DNA of 32,000 nucleotides from Granulicella pectinivorans (GCF_900114625.1 NZ_FOZL01000001.1:2236272-2268271); one strand, 5' to 3'; counted from the first letter of the stretch, positions 20,320 to 28,451 are shown. Program-made: numbers and translations. The notes: generated from the sequence alone by a model not told the origin.

Positions 20320-22469
20320 TAGAACTTCACCACTTTCCCATCTGCCGTGCGGTAGCCGAGGATAACGCCGGTCTTCGGATCACGTCCAGGCGTTGCGCCT
20401 ACAGGCACAACACGATCAGGTTGCCCGCTTCCTTGCTGAGGCTGAGACTGGAGACTCGACGCGTTCTGCTGTTGCTGTCTGAAGCTCGCCACGGTCGTAA
20501 GCTGATCTTCATTGGCGTAACGGCCTGCAACATCCTTCAGGCTATCCATCGCGCCCGCGAATTGGTCATTATTCATGCCAGGGAAGATCAGGCTGCCGGA
20601 CTTCTTGAGAATCTCGCTTGAGAATCGGCCTGTGTGCATTTTGGTCACTGCCGACTGTAAAAGGCTCACATTGTCGAGCATCTTCTGGGCCGCCTCGGTG
20701 CCGATGCCGAACGGTGCGAATGCCTTCGCAGAGTTCCCTGACAGAGGGCCGATGAGTCCGGGATTTCTCGCAATCTGTGCCTGAAGATCAGAGCTGATCG
20801 CGAGCACCTGACGGGCCGTGTCTGCGGTCTGTCGCTCCTGGGCAGTAGGTTTGTAGAGCGCTTGCTGATTCTGCGGAACGACGTTCCCACGCGGGTCTAC
20901 CAGCATGGAGTCAGGTGCGTTCTGTAACGTCAGCTTCTCCCCGCTGATCGGGTTGACGCCGGTCTTCATCATTGCCTCTCGGTCAGCGCCGGTCGCAATG
21001 GCATGGGCGCGGGCTTCCGCAGTCGCTTTGGTTATGCTTTCACTTTGCGAGATACGGACGAAGTTGGATGCCGCGCTGAGCTGATCCTTTGAGAATTTCT
21101 GGGGCGCGGCTAAGACGGCCTGGGCCTTCGCCTCGGAGTCGATGATGCTGAACTGCTCGGCACTCTTCTGGTTGGCCGCGAGCTGATCGTGTGCCGCCTC
21201 TAGAACTGACCACCCACCGAACACGGACGCAACGGCGTCAACGTATTTGGCGTCAGGGTTCGGCTGTATCTGACCGGTCTTCGGATCACGCTTCGCTTGG
21301 CCCATCGCCTGAAGTGCAGCGAAGGGGTCTTGGAGATTGGCCGCGTCATGCGAGACGTACGTCTGAAAGCGCTGCATCGCGGTATTCACACCGGGCTTCG
21401 AGAAGTCGATGGACTGAGGAACCTTCGATGCGTACTGGGTACCATCGAGCACGTTACTTAGATCGTGAAGACGCTGAGCTGCCAAATAGTGCGAGGCAAG
21501 CTGCTCATTCGCGTTCACCTTCATCCGCAGCGGGATCGTGAGACCTCCACCGACTTTGGTTCCCTTTGGAAAGCCAGGGACGCCGCCGTCTGCGTAGCGG
21601 TTCCAATCGTCCTGAGTGAGTGCGACCGGAGCGCCGGGGTCCTTGATGATGAGATGAGTTGCCTCCCACCGTTTCGAGCCGTCGGGGTTCGTGATCTCAA
21701 CGCGACCGGCAACGGGACCAAGCTGATCGGTCGGCGATAGCTTCCCGGTCTTCAATGAATCAAGCAACTCCGCTTGGGTCATCGGCGTACCACCGTTGTC
21801 TAGGAGGTCTGGGCTAACGTCCAGAACGCCCGAAGCCCTGTTAATGTCGGTGAGCTTATCGAGCGCGTCCGCACCCCTTGCCTCGGCCTCGCTGGTATTC
21901 AAAATCCCGCGAGAATTGGCTTCGTAGATGGACGCGCGTCTGGCGAGCTGCTGGGACTGGTTTTGAAAATCTTGCTGGGCCTGTTGTTCCTGCTTCTGCT
22001 GCGCTTGCTGTTGCGCCTGCGATACCTGCTGATAACCAGCGGCGGCGGCACGACCCGTAGCTCCGGGGCCGGTGACGGCGAGACCGCCGAGAGCACCCGT
22101 GACAGCCTCCATCGCAATCGCGAGGCCGATGTCGCGGCTGGAAAGGGGGACTTTCGTGCGCGTGGTTGCGCCGGTTGTAGCGTCGATGCTCGTTGTAAAG
22201 CGAGGACCGCCAGCTAGGGTTTCGGCAACAGAGCGAAGAACGCTCGCCTTTTGTATTGCAGGATGCGCTTGGGCCGCAGGCACAGCGGCGGCATTGCTGA
22301 CCACCGCTGCATTGTCCTGTTCGTTTGCGGGCTGAGGCTGGGTAGGCTGCTGCACCGCAACAGTTGCGACAGACTGGTCTTGGGTAGTCTGCTGAGGCTG
22401 CGTATTATCGTCGCCTGTGTCGGGGACGCTGGAGACCGGCTGCTGGTCGTCGGGTGTATCGAATGTCAT
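20319..22469 (-). CDS. Large hypothetical protein (716 aa), Gln-rich
   Basis: I prefer ATG 22469 (AGGAAA upstream; MTFDTPDDQQPVSSVP...). The 51 codons upstream in ORF 20319-22622 are Arg/Pro/Ser-rich and span hairpins. It has a disordered Q/T/P-rich N-terminus, a Gly/Ala-rich hydrophobic stretch (IGLAIAMEAVTGALGGLAVTG) and a poly-Q coil (QAQQQAQQKQEQQAQQDFQNQSQQ). I recognise no family. Confidence 0.8.
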   Translation of the reverse strand: MTFDTPDDQQPVSSVPDTGDDNTQPQQTTQDQSVATVAVQQPTQPQPANEQDNAAVVSNAAAVPAAQAHPAIQKASVLRSVAETLAGGPRFTTSIDATTGATTRTKVPLSSRDIGLAIAMEAVTGALGGLAVTGPGATGRAAAAGYQQVSQAQQQAQQKQEQQAQQDFQNQSQQLARRASIYEANSRGILNTSEAEARGADALDKLTDINRASGVLDVSPDLLDNGGTPMTQAELLDSLKTGKLSPTDQLGPVAGRVEITNPDGSKRWEATHLIIKDPGAPVALTQDDWNRYADGGVPGFPKGTKVGGGLTIPLRMKVNANEQLASHYLAAQRLHDLSNVLDGTQYASKVPQSIDFSKPGVNTAMQRFQTYVSHDAANLQDPFAALQAMGQAKRDPKTGQIQPNPDAKYVDAVASVFGGWSVLEAAHDQLAANQKSAEQFSIIDSEAKAQAVLAAPQKFSKDQLSAASNFVRISQSESITKATAEARAHAIATGADREAMMKTGVNPISGEKLTLQNAPDSMLVDPRGNVVPQNQQALYKPTAQERQTADTARQVLAISSDLQAQIARNPGLIGPLSGNSAKAFAPFGIGTEAAQKMLDNVSLLQSAVTKMHTGRFSSEILKKSGSLIFPGMNNDQFAGAMDSLKDVAGRYANEDQLTTVASFRQQQQNASSLQSQPQQGSGQPDRVVPVGATPGRDPKTGVILGYRTADGKVVKF

Positions 22470-22661
22470 AGTTTCCTGAAGGAGTGGGGACCGCCTTGGA
22501 TGGCTTCGCGGGCCTCTGCCCAGCGGTCCCCTTTCGTCGGCAGACGAAGGGCAGAATCGAATTTTGATGCGGTCCCGCCGGTAGAGGAGAAGGCCGGAGC
22601 AGTCGGCATGGCGGGACCGCAAAGCGGCGCGGAAGAAGAAGGAAGACCGCGCCGAATTGGG

Positions 22662-23705
22662 TTATCGTGTATCGGACATCGCGGTGAATAACTCAGCGAC
22701 CGTCGGAGCAATTGAGAAGGTCCGTCGGTAATCTTCGGAAGACATGCGGTCAACCTCCCAATTTGAGAAGTCGCGCATCTCGCCGGTGAGTTGATCGCGG
22801 CCTCGATAGACCTTCGGGCCTGATGGCGTAGTGGCGTTTGCCCGTTCTGGTGGGACGGCGAGGTTCACAGGCTCGGGCCGCTCTGCTGGCGGCTGAAGGG
22901 CTGTTTTTTGCTTCAACAACCCAAGGTCACGAAGGCGTACGAATGCCGCACGGATCGTTTCAACGTCGGCAATGAGCACGCCGTTCCTGCGGAGATACCC
23001 CAGAATGACATCGGCATTTTCTAAGGTTCGATAGGCCGCGTATTCAGGCTCACTCGCGAACTGCGCGGCTGCCTTTGCCGTGAACGCCTCGGCGTCCTTC
23101 GTCGGCATGGAGGCCGCACGCATGGCGTAGCTGACCACGAGCTTAGGGTCTGCATCCGCTTGAATCCAGTCAGCCCAGTACGCCTTCTGTTTCTCGCCAC
23201 GTTCGTGTAGCTCTGCTTCTCGCTCGGCCTGCTCTTGAGCGGCTTTGCGTTCTGCTTCGCGTCGTGGACGTTCGGCCTCTCTCTGGGCAGCTTCCTCAGC
23301 TTCACGACGCTCGCGGGCCGCGATGACTTCACGGGCGGTCATCGGGCGGGGTGATGGTGTAGGGGCGTACTTTGTGGGACGCTCCCAACCATCGGTTTCA
23401 GCATCCATGCGTGCGGCTGACGCCTGAAGTTGGGCAGCCTCAAGATCAGCTCGACGCTGGGCGGCGATGCTCTCGGATTCGTTGAGGCGTTGACGTTGCT
23501 CTGTCAGTTTGTTGTGGGTGGACGACATGCACTTGGCCGCGCCGGACATAAGGCGGTCGTGGCTTTCCGTCGTCGAACTGCCGCACGCACACGTCACCTC
23601 GTAGCGAGGCCGTGGATGTCGGGCAACCATGTCGCCAACCTTCAGCGTTCCTACGGTGCGACCCTCAAGATTGATGAGGCCGGGCATTACGCGTGTCGTG
23701 GACAT
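22662..23705 (-). CDS. Hypothetical protein (347 aa) with an N-terminal Cys-cluster (phage-like L.G..vG.L.V...C.CG...C) and an E/R/A-rich coiled coil
   Basis: The ATG at 23705 has GGAGAA 9 nt upstream. An alternative ATG at 23687 would give a TAATG junction with the upstream gene. Residues include ...INLEGRTVGTLKVGDMV...YEVTCACGSSTTESHDRLMSGAAKC..., followed by REAEEAAQREAERPRREAERKAAQEQAEREAE. Confidence 0.7.
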   Translation of the reverse strand: MSTTRVMPGLINLEGRTVGTLKVGDMVARHPRPRYEVTCACGSSTTESHDRLMSGAAKCMSSTHNKLTEQRQRLNESESIAAQRRADLEAAQLQASAARMDAETDGWERPTKYAPTPSPRPMTAREVIAARERREAEEAAQREAERPRREAERKAAQEQAEREAELHERGEKQKAYWADWIQADADPKLVVSYAMRAASMPTKDAEAFTAKAAAQFASEPEYAAYRTLENADVILGYLRRNGVLIADVETIRAAFVRLRDLGLLKQKTALQPPAERPEPVNLAVPPERANATTPSGPKVYRGRDQLTGEMRDFSNWEVDRMSSEDYRRTFSIAPTVAELFTAMSDTR

Positions 23706-23989
23706 AAGTCAGTTCTCCAATGTTTCCCGTCCTGGATTGCAGCCGTAAGCGTGTGCCGAGTCGCAATGAACTCGTCCAGAAGGGTCTTCGGGTCTTCGAT
23801 TGGAAAGCCTGGGCCGTTGTCGTCGCGGTGGTAAGCTCTCGCAATCTCAGCACATCTTCCTTCCACATCGTCAATGAGGAAGGTCGCTCCCTTCGGCTGC
23901 TCGATGAACGTCGCGATGTGAACGGCTGGTCCATACACGTAACGCATGATGGCGCAGACACCCTGATTCCGCGTGCGGTAAAGGCTCAT
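23687..23989 (-). CDS. Hypothetical protein (100 aa)
   Basis: It is linked to both neighbouring genes (ATGA overlap at 23986-23989; its stop overlaps the next gene). I see no motif. Confidence 0.55.
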   Translation of the reverse strand: MSLYRTRNQGVCAIMRYVYGPAVHIATFIEQPKGATFLIDDVEGRCAEIARAYHRDDNGPGFPIEDPKTLLDEFIATRHTLTAAIQDGKHWRTDLCPRHA

Positions 23990-24396
23990 GGTTTCCTCCG
24001 GTGGGCATAGCGATCACGCAGCCAGTAGCGGGAGGGTGCTAAATTTCGGGCGATGTATAAGCGACCGCAGCGAAGAAAAAGCTCTTTCTTCGGAGCAGCG
24101 ACAACCGGTTCGCCAAACGCCAGTTGAAACCAATTTCGTTGCAGGTCCGGTCTACCCTCAAGAGCTTTCTCGGTCGCCTTCTCAATGTCCACGGCGTAGC
24201 CTACGAGGTCGAAGGTGAGCTTCTGGGGTTGGTTGGTTGGTTCGGGGTCGATTTGACTCGCGATGATCGGCGAGAGGCTTCTTATGCGGACGTACTCGCA
24301 AATGACTGCCATGCACGCGTTTTCATAACGCTCAAGCAGGTCACGTTTTGACATGGACGCAGGACGCGCCGGGTCATTGGGTTGTAATGCTTCCAC
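23986..24396 (-). CDS. Hypothetical protein (~136 aa from GTG 24396, or 122 aa from ATG 24354)
   Basis: GTG 24396 is preceded by AGGAGA. The further 83 codons upstream in the ORF-track model (to 24645) are Arg-rich and look untranslated. Confidence 0.55.
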   Translation of the reverse strand: MEALQPNDPARPASMSKRDLLERYENACMAVICEYVRIRSLSPIIASQIDPEPTNQPQKLTFDLVGYAVDIEKATEKALEGRPDLQRNWFQLAFGEPVVAAPKKELFLRCGRLYIARNLAPSRYWLRDRYAHRRKP

Positions 24397-24671
24397 TTCT
24401 CTCCTGATTGGATTTTTGCTGCTACAGCCCAGGGAACACAACGGGCGCGATGCTGCGACCGTCTGATGTGGTCGATTCGTGGCATTGCGAGCGTGGATGA
24501 TATGGAACTGCCCCGGCACGACGACGGAAACGTACCGTGTACGTTCGGCCTTTTGAAGCTCTGTCGTTGGTCGTCGGATACCGATAAGAAGGCCGTAATC
24601 AGGGCGGCGGGTGATTCCCGCTCTGTGCCCCGATTGATGCCTCACACATACATAGAGCGGCGACGATTTTT

Positions 24672-25679
24672 CTAGGCTGCCAAGAGCGTTTGTTCACAGG
24701 TCTCCGCGTCGTAAACCTCGTCCGCACGAAAGGGACCGGCACGGCGTAACTCGCGTTCAAGATCAGCGTAGGTCCAGGGCAGGTCGCGGATGACAATCGG
24801 ATTGTGATATTGCTCAAGGTCGATGGCCCCTGACCACATTCTCACCTTGCCTTCATCCCCAAGCCCCTCTTTGTACGCGTCGTTTGCGTGCTCATCGCCG
24901 GGACCAAGGACGATGGGACGTGGTGAGCATTTTCCCTGCTCTCGCAAATATGCAAGCTCAGATTCGGTTTCTTCGATTCCGTCAGTTGATGCGGGTTTTG
25001 GGGCGTCGCCCTTCTTTAGAAGCCGGATTCGTTCCGTCTTCCAGGCGCGTGCCCGCCAGTACGCCCTCCAATGGAGTTCGGCTCTAAGGCCTTCCGTATC
25101 TGCAAACTTTGCCGCATGGTCCGCTACATACATCCACATCTCTGAGAACAACTGGTCTTCCACATCGTCAATGCAGCCTTCCAGGTCACGACAGTCCACC
25201 AGTACGCGCCGGATACCGGACCTGACTGCTGCGGCATGAACCTTGATCCAAGTTGCCAATGCTTCGATGCCCTCAGTTTCTCGGCGGGCAATAACCTGCG
25301 TCCACACCTGGAGTGCGTCGGCATCATTCACGCAGCCTGCGAACTCCGGCAGCCGAAGGAACAGCATGGTGTCAAGAACATCGCGTTCACGTCCACTCAG
25401 TATCTGACGCAGTTTTACGACGAGTTGAGCTTGCCGCGATGCCCAGGCAACAGCCTCAGCTTGGAACAGCCTGGCGTATGCAACACCTTTCGGATAGCGA
25501 TGGTCCTGAAGGCGCTCGAAGAGCTGTCCAACGATGCGCTGCACATCGAACACTGTTGTTCCAGATACTCCAAGAATCGCTTCCTTCAGCGCGGCTTGTA
25601 CCTTCTCCGCATGGAACCTTTCTCGCGCCCGCTTGAGGTCTTTGTCGTATTTCTTCTTTTTCTTGATTTCGTCCGTCAT
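24672..25679 (-). CDS. Hypothetical protein (335 aa)
   Basis: A long ORF with coding-like composition, starting 16 nt after the upstream stop. The segment DDVEDQLFSEMWMYVADHAAKF...LHWRAYWRARAWKTERIR faintly resembles sigma-70 region 2, but I cannot support that call. Confidence 0.7.
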   Translation of the reverse strand: MTDEIKKKKKYDKDLKRARERFHAEKVQAALKEAILGVSGTTVFDVQRIVGQLFERLQDHRYPKGVAYARLFQAEAVAWASRQAQLVVKLRQILSGRERDVLDTMLFLRLPEFAGCVNDADALQVWTQVIARRETEGIEALATWIKVHAAAVRSGIRRVLVDCRDLEGCIDDVEDQLFSEMWMYVADHAAKFADTEGLRAELHWRAYWRARAWKTERIRLLKKGDAPKPASTDGIEETESELAYLREQGKCSPRPIVLGPGDEHANDAYKEGLGDEGKVRMWSGAIDLEQYHNPIVIRDLPWTYADLERELRRAGPFRADEVYDAETCEQTLLAA

Positions 25680-25695
25680 TCCGTCCCATTCTGGT

Positions 25696-26136
25696 CTACT
25701 GCCGCGTAGCGTTATGCTCAGCGAGGATCGCGTTTACATCGCTGATGGTCGTCTCGGTCGTAACGTTCCCTGAGCGGAGACCCCCTTCGGCTATGTCGCG
25801 ATAGTGGTTTGGTGTGGATGCATAGGTGGCTTCCAGATGCGAGGTCACCCCCTCGGAGAGGGGTTGTTCGTGGTTCATGTTTCCCTTTCTGAGAGCAGGT
25901 GCTCTCATCTCTTCGTCAAGCAGGTTGAACAGCAGTTTTGTTACATACCGATACGCTCGGTCCGAATCTGTACCTGTACGGTGGAACTTCGCGGCGGCCT
26001 TCATGATCGCTTTCTCAAGAAGCTCGTCATCGAATCTGAGACACCATCTGATGAACTGTGCCAGCTCCGGCGGCGGGACATCTGAAACCGCTTTCCAAAG
26101 AGCTTGAAACTTTGTAGCTCTATCCGATACAAGCAT
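25696..26136 (-). CDS. Hypothetical protein (146 aa)
   Basis: The ATG at 26136 is preceded by AGGAGA, and the gene overlaps the upstream stop by 17 nt. The ORF-track start at 26292 would overlap the Rep-like gene by 173 nt. Confidence 0.6.
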   Translation of the reverse strand: MLVSDRATKFQALWKAVSDVPPPELAQFIRWCLRFDDELLEKAIMKAAAKFHRTGTDSDRAYRYVTKLLFNLLDEEMRAPALRKGNMNHEQPLSEGVTSHLEATYASTPNHYRDIAEGGLRSGNVTTETTISDVNAILAEHNATRQ

Positions 26137-27022
26137 TGGTGATCTCCTGTAGTCCGTGCTGAGTGCCTGCGCCCATGTAAGCCCGAATCGCGGTGAGATC
26201 GAACTCCGGCTCCTTCCAAAGCTGAAAGCTCCGGAGAGCACATAGCTTTGCTGAGTCACCTGAGCGGGAACACGCGAAACATTTCCAGGCATCGGCTGTG
26301 TCGGTCGCGGTTACTCTGAAGGTTCGGTCGGGGTTTAGACATAACGGGCAAGTGAGCCGCATTCCGCTGTCTGCGGTGAATCCGTGGACATAATCGAGCT
26401 GAGGCTTCAGCGCGAGACGATATCGAGTCAGCACATCCAGTTCGTTGACCCGGTTGCGGAAGAACCAGCCGAGATCGTTGAGGGATGCACCTGACGCTAC
26501 GTCGAGCAGTTGGATCAATGTTCCGTGAGTCCATCGGGAACCTGCTTCCCTCAGCGACTTCGTTTTGAGGATGCCTTTATTCGCGAGTTCTGCGAGGGCT
26601 GCCCCCACTGCTTGACGGCTGACTCGCGCCACTTTCGCCAGCTTATCTCGACGACCCTCCCACGAGAAATACGGTGCTCGCTGGTGCTTAGCCGAGGCAT
26701 ACAACGCAATGCAGACTCTCAGCTCGGCCAACGACAATTCATCCCACGGTAAGTGTGTCGGAATCTCCGCAAGCTTGTTCGCGGGGATGGCGGTAGCTTC
26801 GGGAGTGCCTTTGTCATCCAGGGATACAAGCTCCCTCTGGGCCAACTCCGCTAGTGTCTCGCGCCGCCTGCGGTGGGTGTACGGTGTTCCGCGTTGCAGG
26901 CTATTCAGCGCGAATGCGCCGCCATACAGACGCAGCAACTCCAGCACCGAAGCACGGGAATGCAAGTGCAAGATATCCGTGCTCAACTTCAAGTAGGGGA
27001 TGCCTAGTTCAAAGAGTTTCAT
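26120..27022 (-). CDS. Replication-initiator-like protein: winged-helix HTH plus a C-terminal CHC2-type (primase-like) zinc finger. It has no catalytic primase or helicase domain.
   Basis: The wHTH-like segment is LAKVARVSRQAVGAALAELANKGIL. The C-terminal CPLCLNPDRTFRVTATDTADAWKCFACSRSGDSAKL parallels the DnaG/P4 zf-CHC2 pattern CPFH..ktPSf.v......y.CFgCg..GD. It is the first gene of the operon, downstream of the iterons. Confidence 0.7.
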   Translation of the reverse strand: MKLFELGIPYLKLSTDILHLHSRASVLELLRLYGGAFALNSLQRGTPYTHRRRRETLAELAQRELVSLDDKGTPEATAIPANKLAEIPTHLPWDELSLAELRVCIALYASAKHQRAPYFSWEGRRDKLAKVARVSRQAVGAALAELANKGILKTKSLREAGSRWTHGTLIQLLDVASGASLNDLGWFFRNRVNELDVLTRYRLALKPQLDYVHGFTADSGMRLTCPLCLNPDRTFRVTATDTADAWKCFACSRSGDSAKLCALRSFQLWKEPEFDLTAIRAYMGAGTQHGLQEITNACIG

Positions 27023-27189
27023 GCGTGCATCATTCTTTCTTCCTTATTGCAATGCCACCCATGAGCATTCACCCAAGGGAGATGCCTACCATCCACAATG
27101 GAGACGACCGTCAGGACACAGGGGCATACACCATCTGCCTCTAGCTGTGTATCTCCGTTTCCGGTGCAGTGTGCCCTTATACCGAAATA

Positions 27190-27300
27190 GAACTTTCAAT
27201 GTCAGAAAGTTCACCGGACGCGCGTCACCATTGGAGATTCGCATGAATATCAATGTCAGCGTTTCGCAAGAAAACGAGCATCAATGTCAGATAGTTCGCA
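27190..27300. repeat. Three direct ~19-bp iterons, the first embedded in a 23-bp palindrome
   Basis: TCAATGTCAGAAAGTTCAC (27196-27214), TCAATGTCAGCGTTTCGC (27250-27267) and TCAATGTCAGATAGTTCGC (27281-27299). GAACTTTC-N7-GAAAGTTC spans 27190-27212. An A/T-rich stretch follows at ~27300-27420. Confidence 0.65.
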
Positions 27301-27435
27301 AACCCCAATAAAGACGAGGCTTTTGTAGACCTAGATTGTGCACTAAAAATGGTGCAACTCAAGCTCCTAAACTACTGGTAAACATTCACCAGCAACTCAT
27401 ACTCTTTTGATTGGGTGCTCTGATGGAGCTTGCTT

Positions 27436-27459
27436 CAAAAACCGCCCGAAGGCGGCGGG
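27436..27459 (-). terminator. Rho-independent terminator of the 99-aa/168-aa cassette
   Basis: The minus strand reads GCCGCC-TTCG-GGCGG-TTTTTGAAG: a short all-G/C stem, a UUCG tetraloop and a U5 tail. Confidence 0.5.
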
Positions 27460-27609
27460 TCGGGGAACCTTGTCAGGCTCAACCTATCCCATGGCTACAA
27501 CTACATCGTATCACGATTTCCTGAATAAGTCAAGCATTATCTACTACTTGCAAGACTTCCTGGTGAACACTTCCCAGCTTCTCGACGCCGTACCAATCAC
27601 GTCGAGCAA

Positions 27610-28116
27610 CTATAGTGCCCACACGTCTTTGAGTTCGAGCGGCGGGCGCTCTACTGGCAGCTTGCCGTCGTAGGTCCATTTCGTCGCGGTCGGAAACGAC
27701 ACCTCTGCAAGCAAGTTCTGTGCGCCGTAGTTATTCGCCCTCCACTTCGAGATGTGTCCGTAATTCGCTAGGACCCACTGGCAAGCCGCCAGCCGTTCCA
27801 GGCGATGCGCGGACTCATCGACTACGACCGCGAGGACAGAGCGGAGGCGGTGAACTTTTTGAACTTCCGATATCGCGTCGGCTAGGTTCTCGCCCAATGC
27901 GGCCTTCGCGAAGCTGATCCCAAGCACAAGGGACTTCACCGGACCATCTGACCACGGAGTCATCCTCGCCAAGACTTCCTGGTCATCGTTCCTTGGTTCC
28001 GGCACACCCTCGACGGCCATTTCGATTAGGTGGTCGGCGGCGTCCCGGCGCTTCTGCATCGGCACTTCGTCGTTTTCAACGACGCTGTGAAGTTGATCTA
28101 ACTCGGGATTATGCAC
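27610..28116 (-). CDS. Hypothetical protein (168 aa)
   Basis: The ORF overlaps the upstream gene by 8 nt and has acidic, helical composition. I see no motif. Confidence 0.6.
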   Translation of the reverse strand: MHNPELDQLHSVVENDEVPMQKRRDAADHLIEMAVEGVPEPRNDDQEVLARMTPWSDGPVKSLVLGISFAKAALGENLADAISEVQKVHRLRSVLAVVVDESAHRLERLAACQWVLANYGHISKWRANNYGAQNLLAEVSFPTATKWTYDGKLPVERPPLELKDVWAL

Positions 28117-28408
28117 TCGGTATTGTTCCTTTCATTGCGGTGGGTCTCACCGACGCGAGGAAGGCTCTTGCGCGTTCCTCAGCACTCGGTGCTGGGGCCA
28201 TTGGCGGAATCACGCTGGCTTCTGCCTCAGCTTTCCGTGCTGCTGCCCGCTCCACGGCGATTGTCACCCGCTGTTCTGCATCCAGATGGGCTAGGAGAAT
28301 GTCAGTCATCCTCATCGCTGCTTGGAGTCTTACGCGTTCACTTCTTGAGTTCGCCAGTTCGCGGAGCACCTTCATAGGTGCATCGAAACGGCGCGGCAAT
28401 CTGCTCAT
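28109..28408 (-). CDS. Hypothetical protein (99 aa), helical, Arg/Ala-rich
   Basis: The ATG at 28408 has AGAGGA 8 nt upstream. It is coupled to the 168-aa gene. Confidence 0.55.
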   Translation of the reverse strand: MSRLPRRFDAPMKVLRELANSRSERVRLQAAMRMTDILLAHLDAEQRVTIAVERAAARKAEAEASVIPPMAPAPSAEERARAFLASVRPTAMKGTIPSA

Positions 28409-28451
28409 CGGTTGGTCCTCTACTATCTATGAGCGACGACGAAAAATGGCC

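Noticed and set aside
22470-22622. 51-codon N-terminal extension of the 716-aa gene (ORF-track start 22622)
   Set aside because: The translation is Arg/Pro/Ser-rich (MRSRHADCSGLLLYRRDRIKIRF...) and runs through two strong hairpins. ATG 22469 has an AGGAAA SD-like element and begins the MTFDTP motif shared with the next protein.
27000-27311. 103-aa + strand ORF, and an SD-preceded 22-codon micro-ORF (27243-27311) running through iterons 2 and 3
   Set aside because: The long ORF's translation is not protein-like and overlaps the Rep-like gene start. The micro-ORF's repeated 'INVS/HQCQ' merely reflects the DNA iterons. I keep these as iterons, not coding sequence.
27407-27673. 88-aa + strand ORF in the AT-rich spacer
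   Set aside because: It has a non-ATG start and runs through a minus-strand terminator and the 3' end of the 168-aa gene. Its composition is Ser/Thr-rich and of low complexity.
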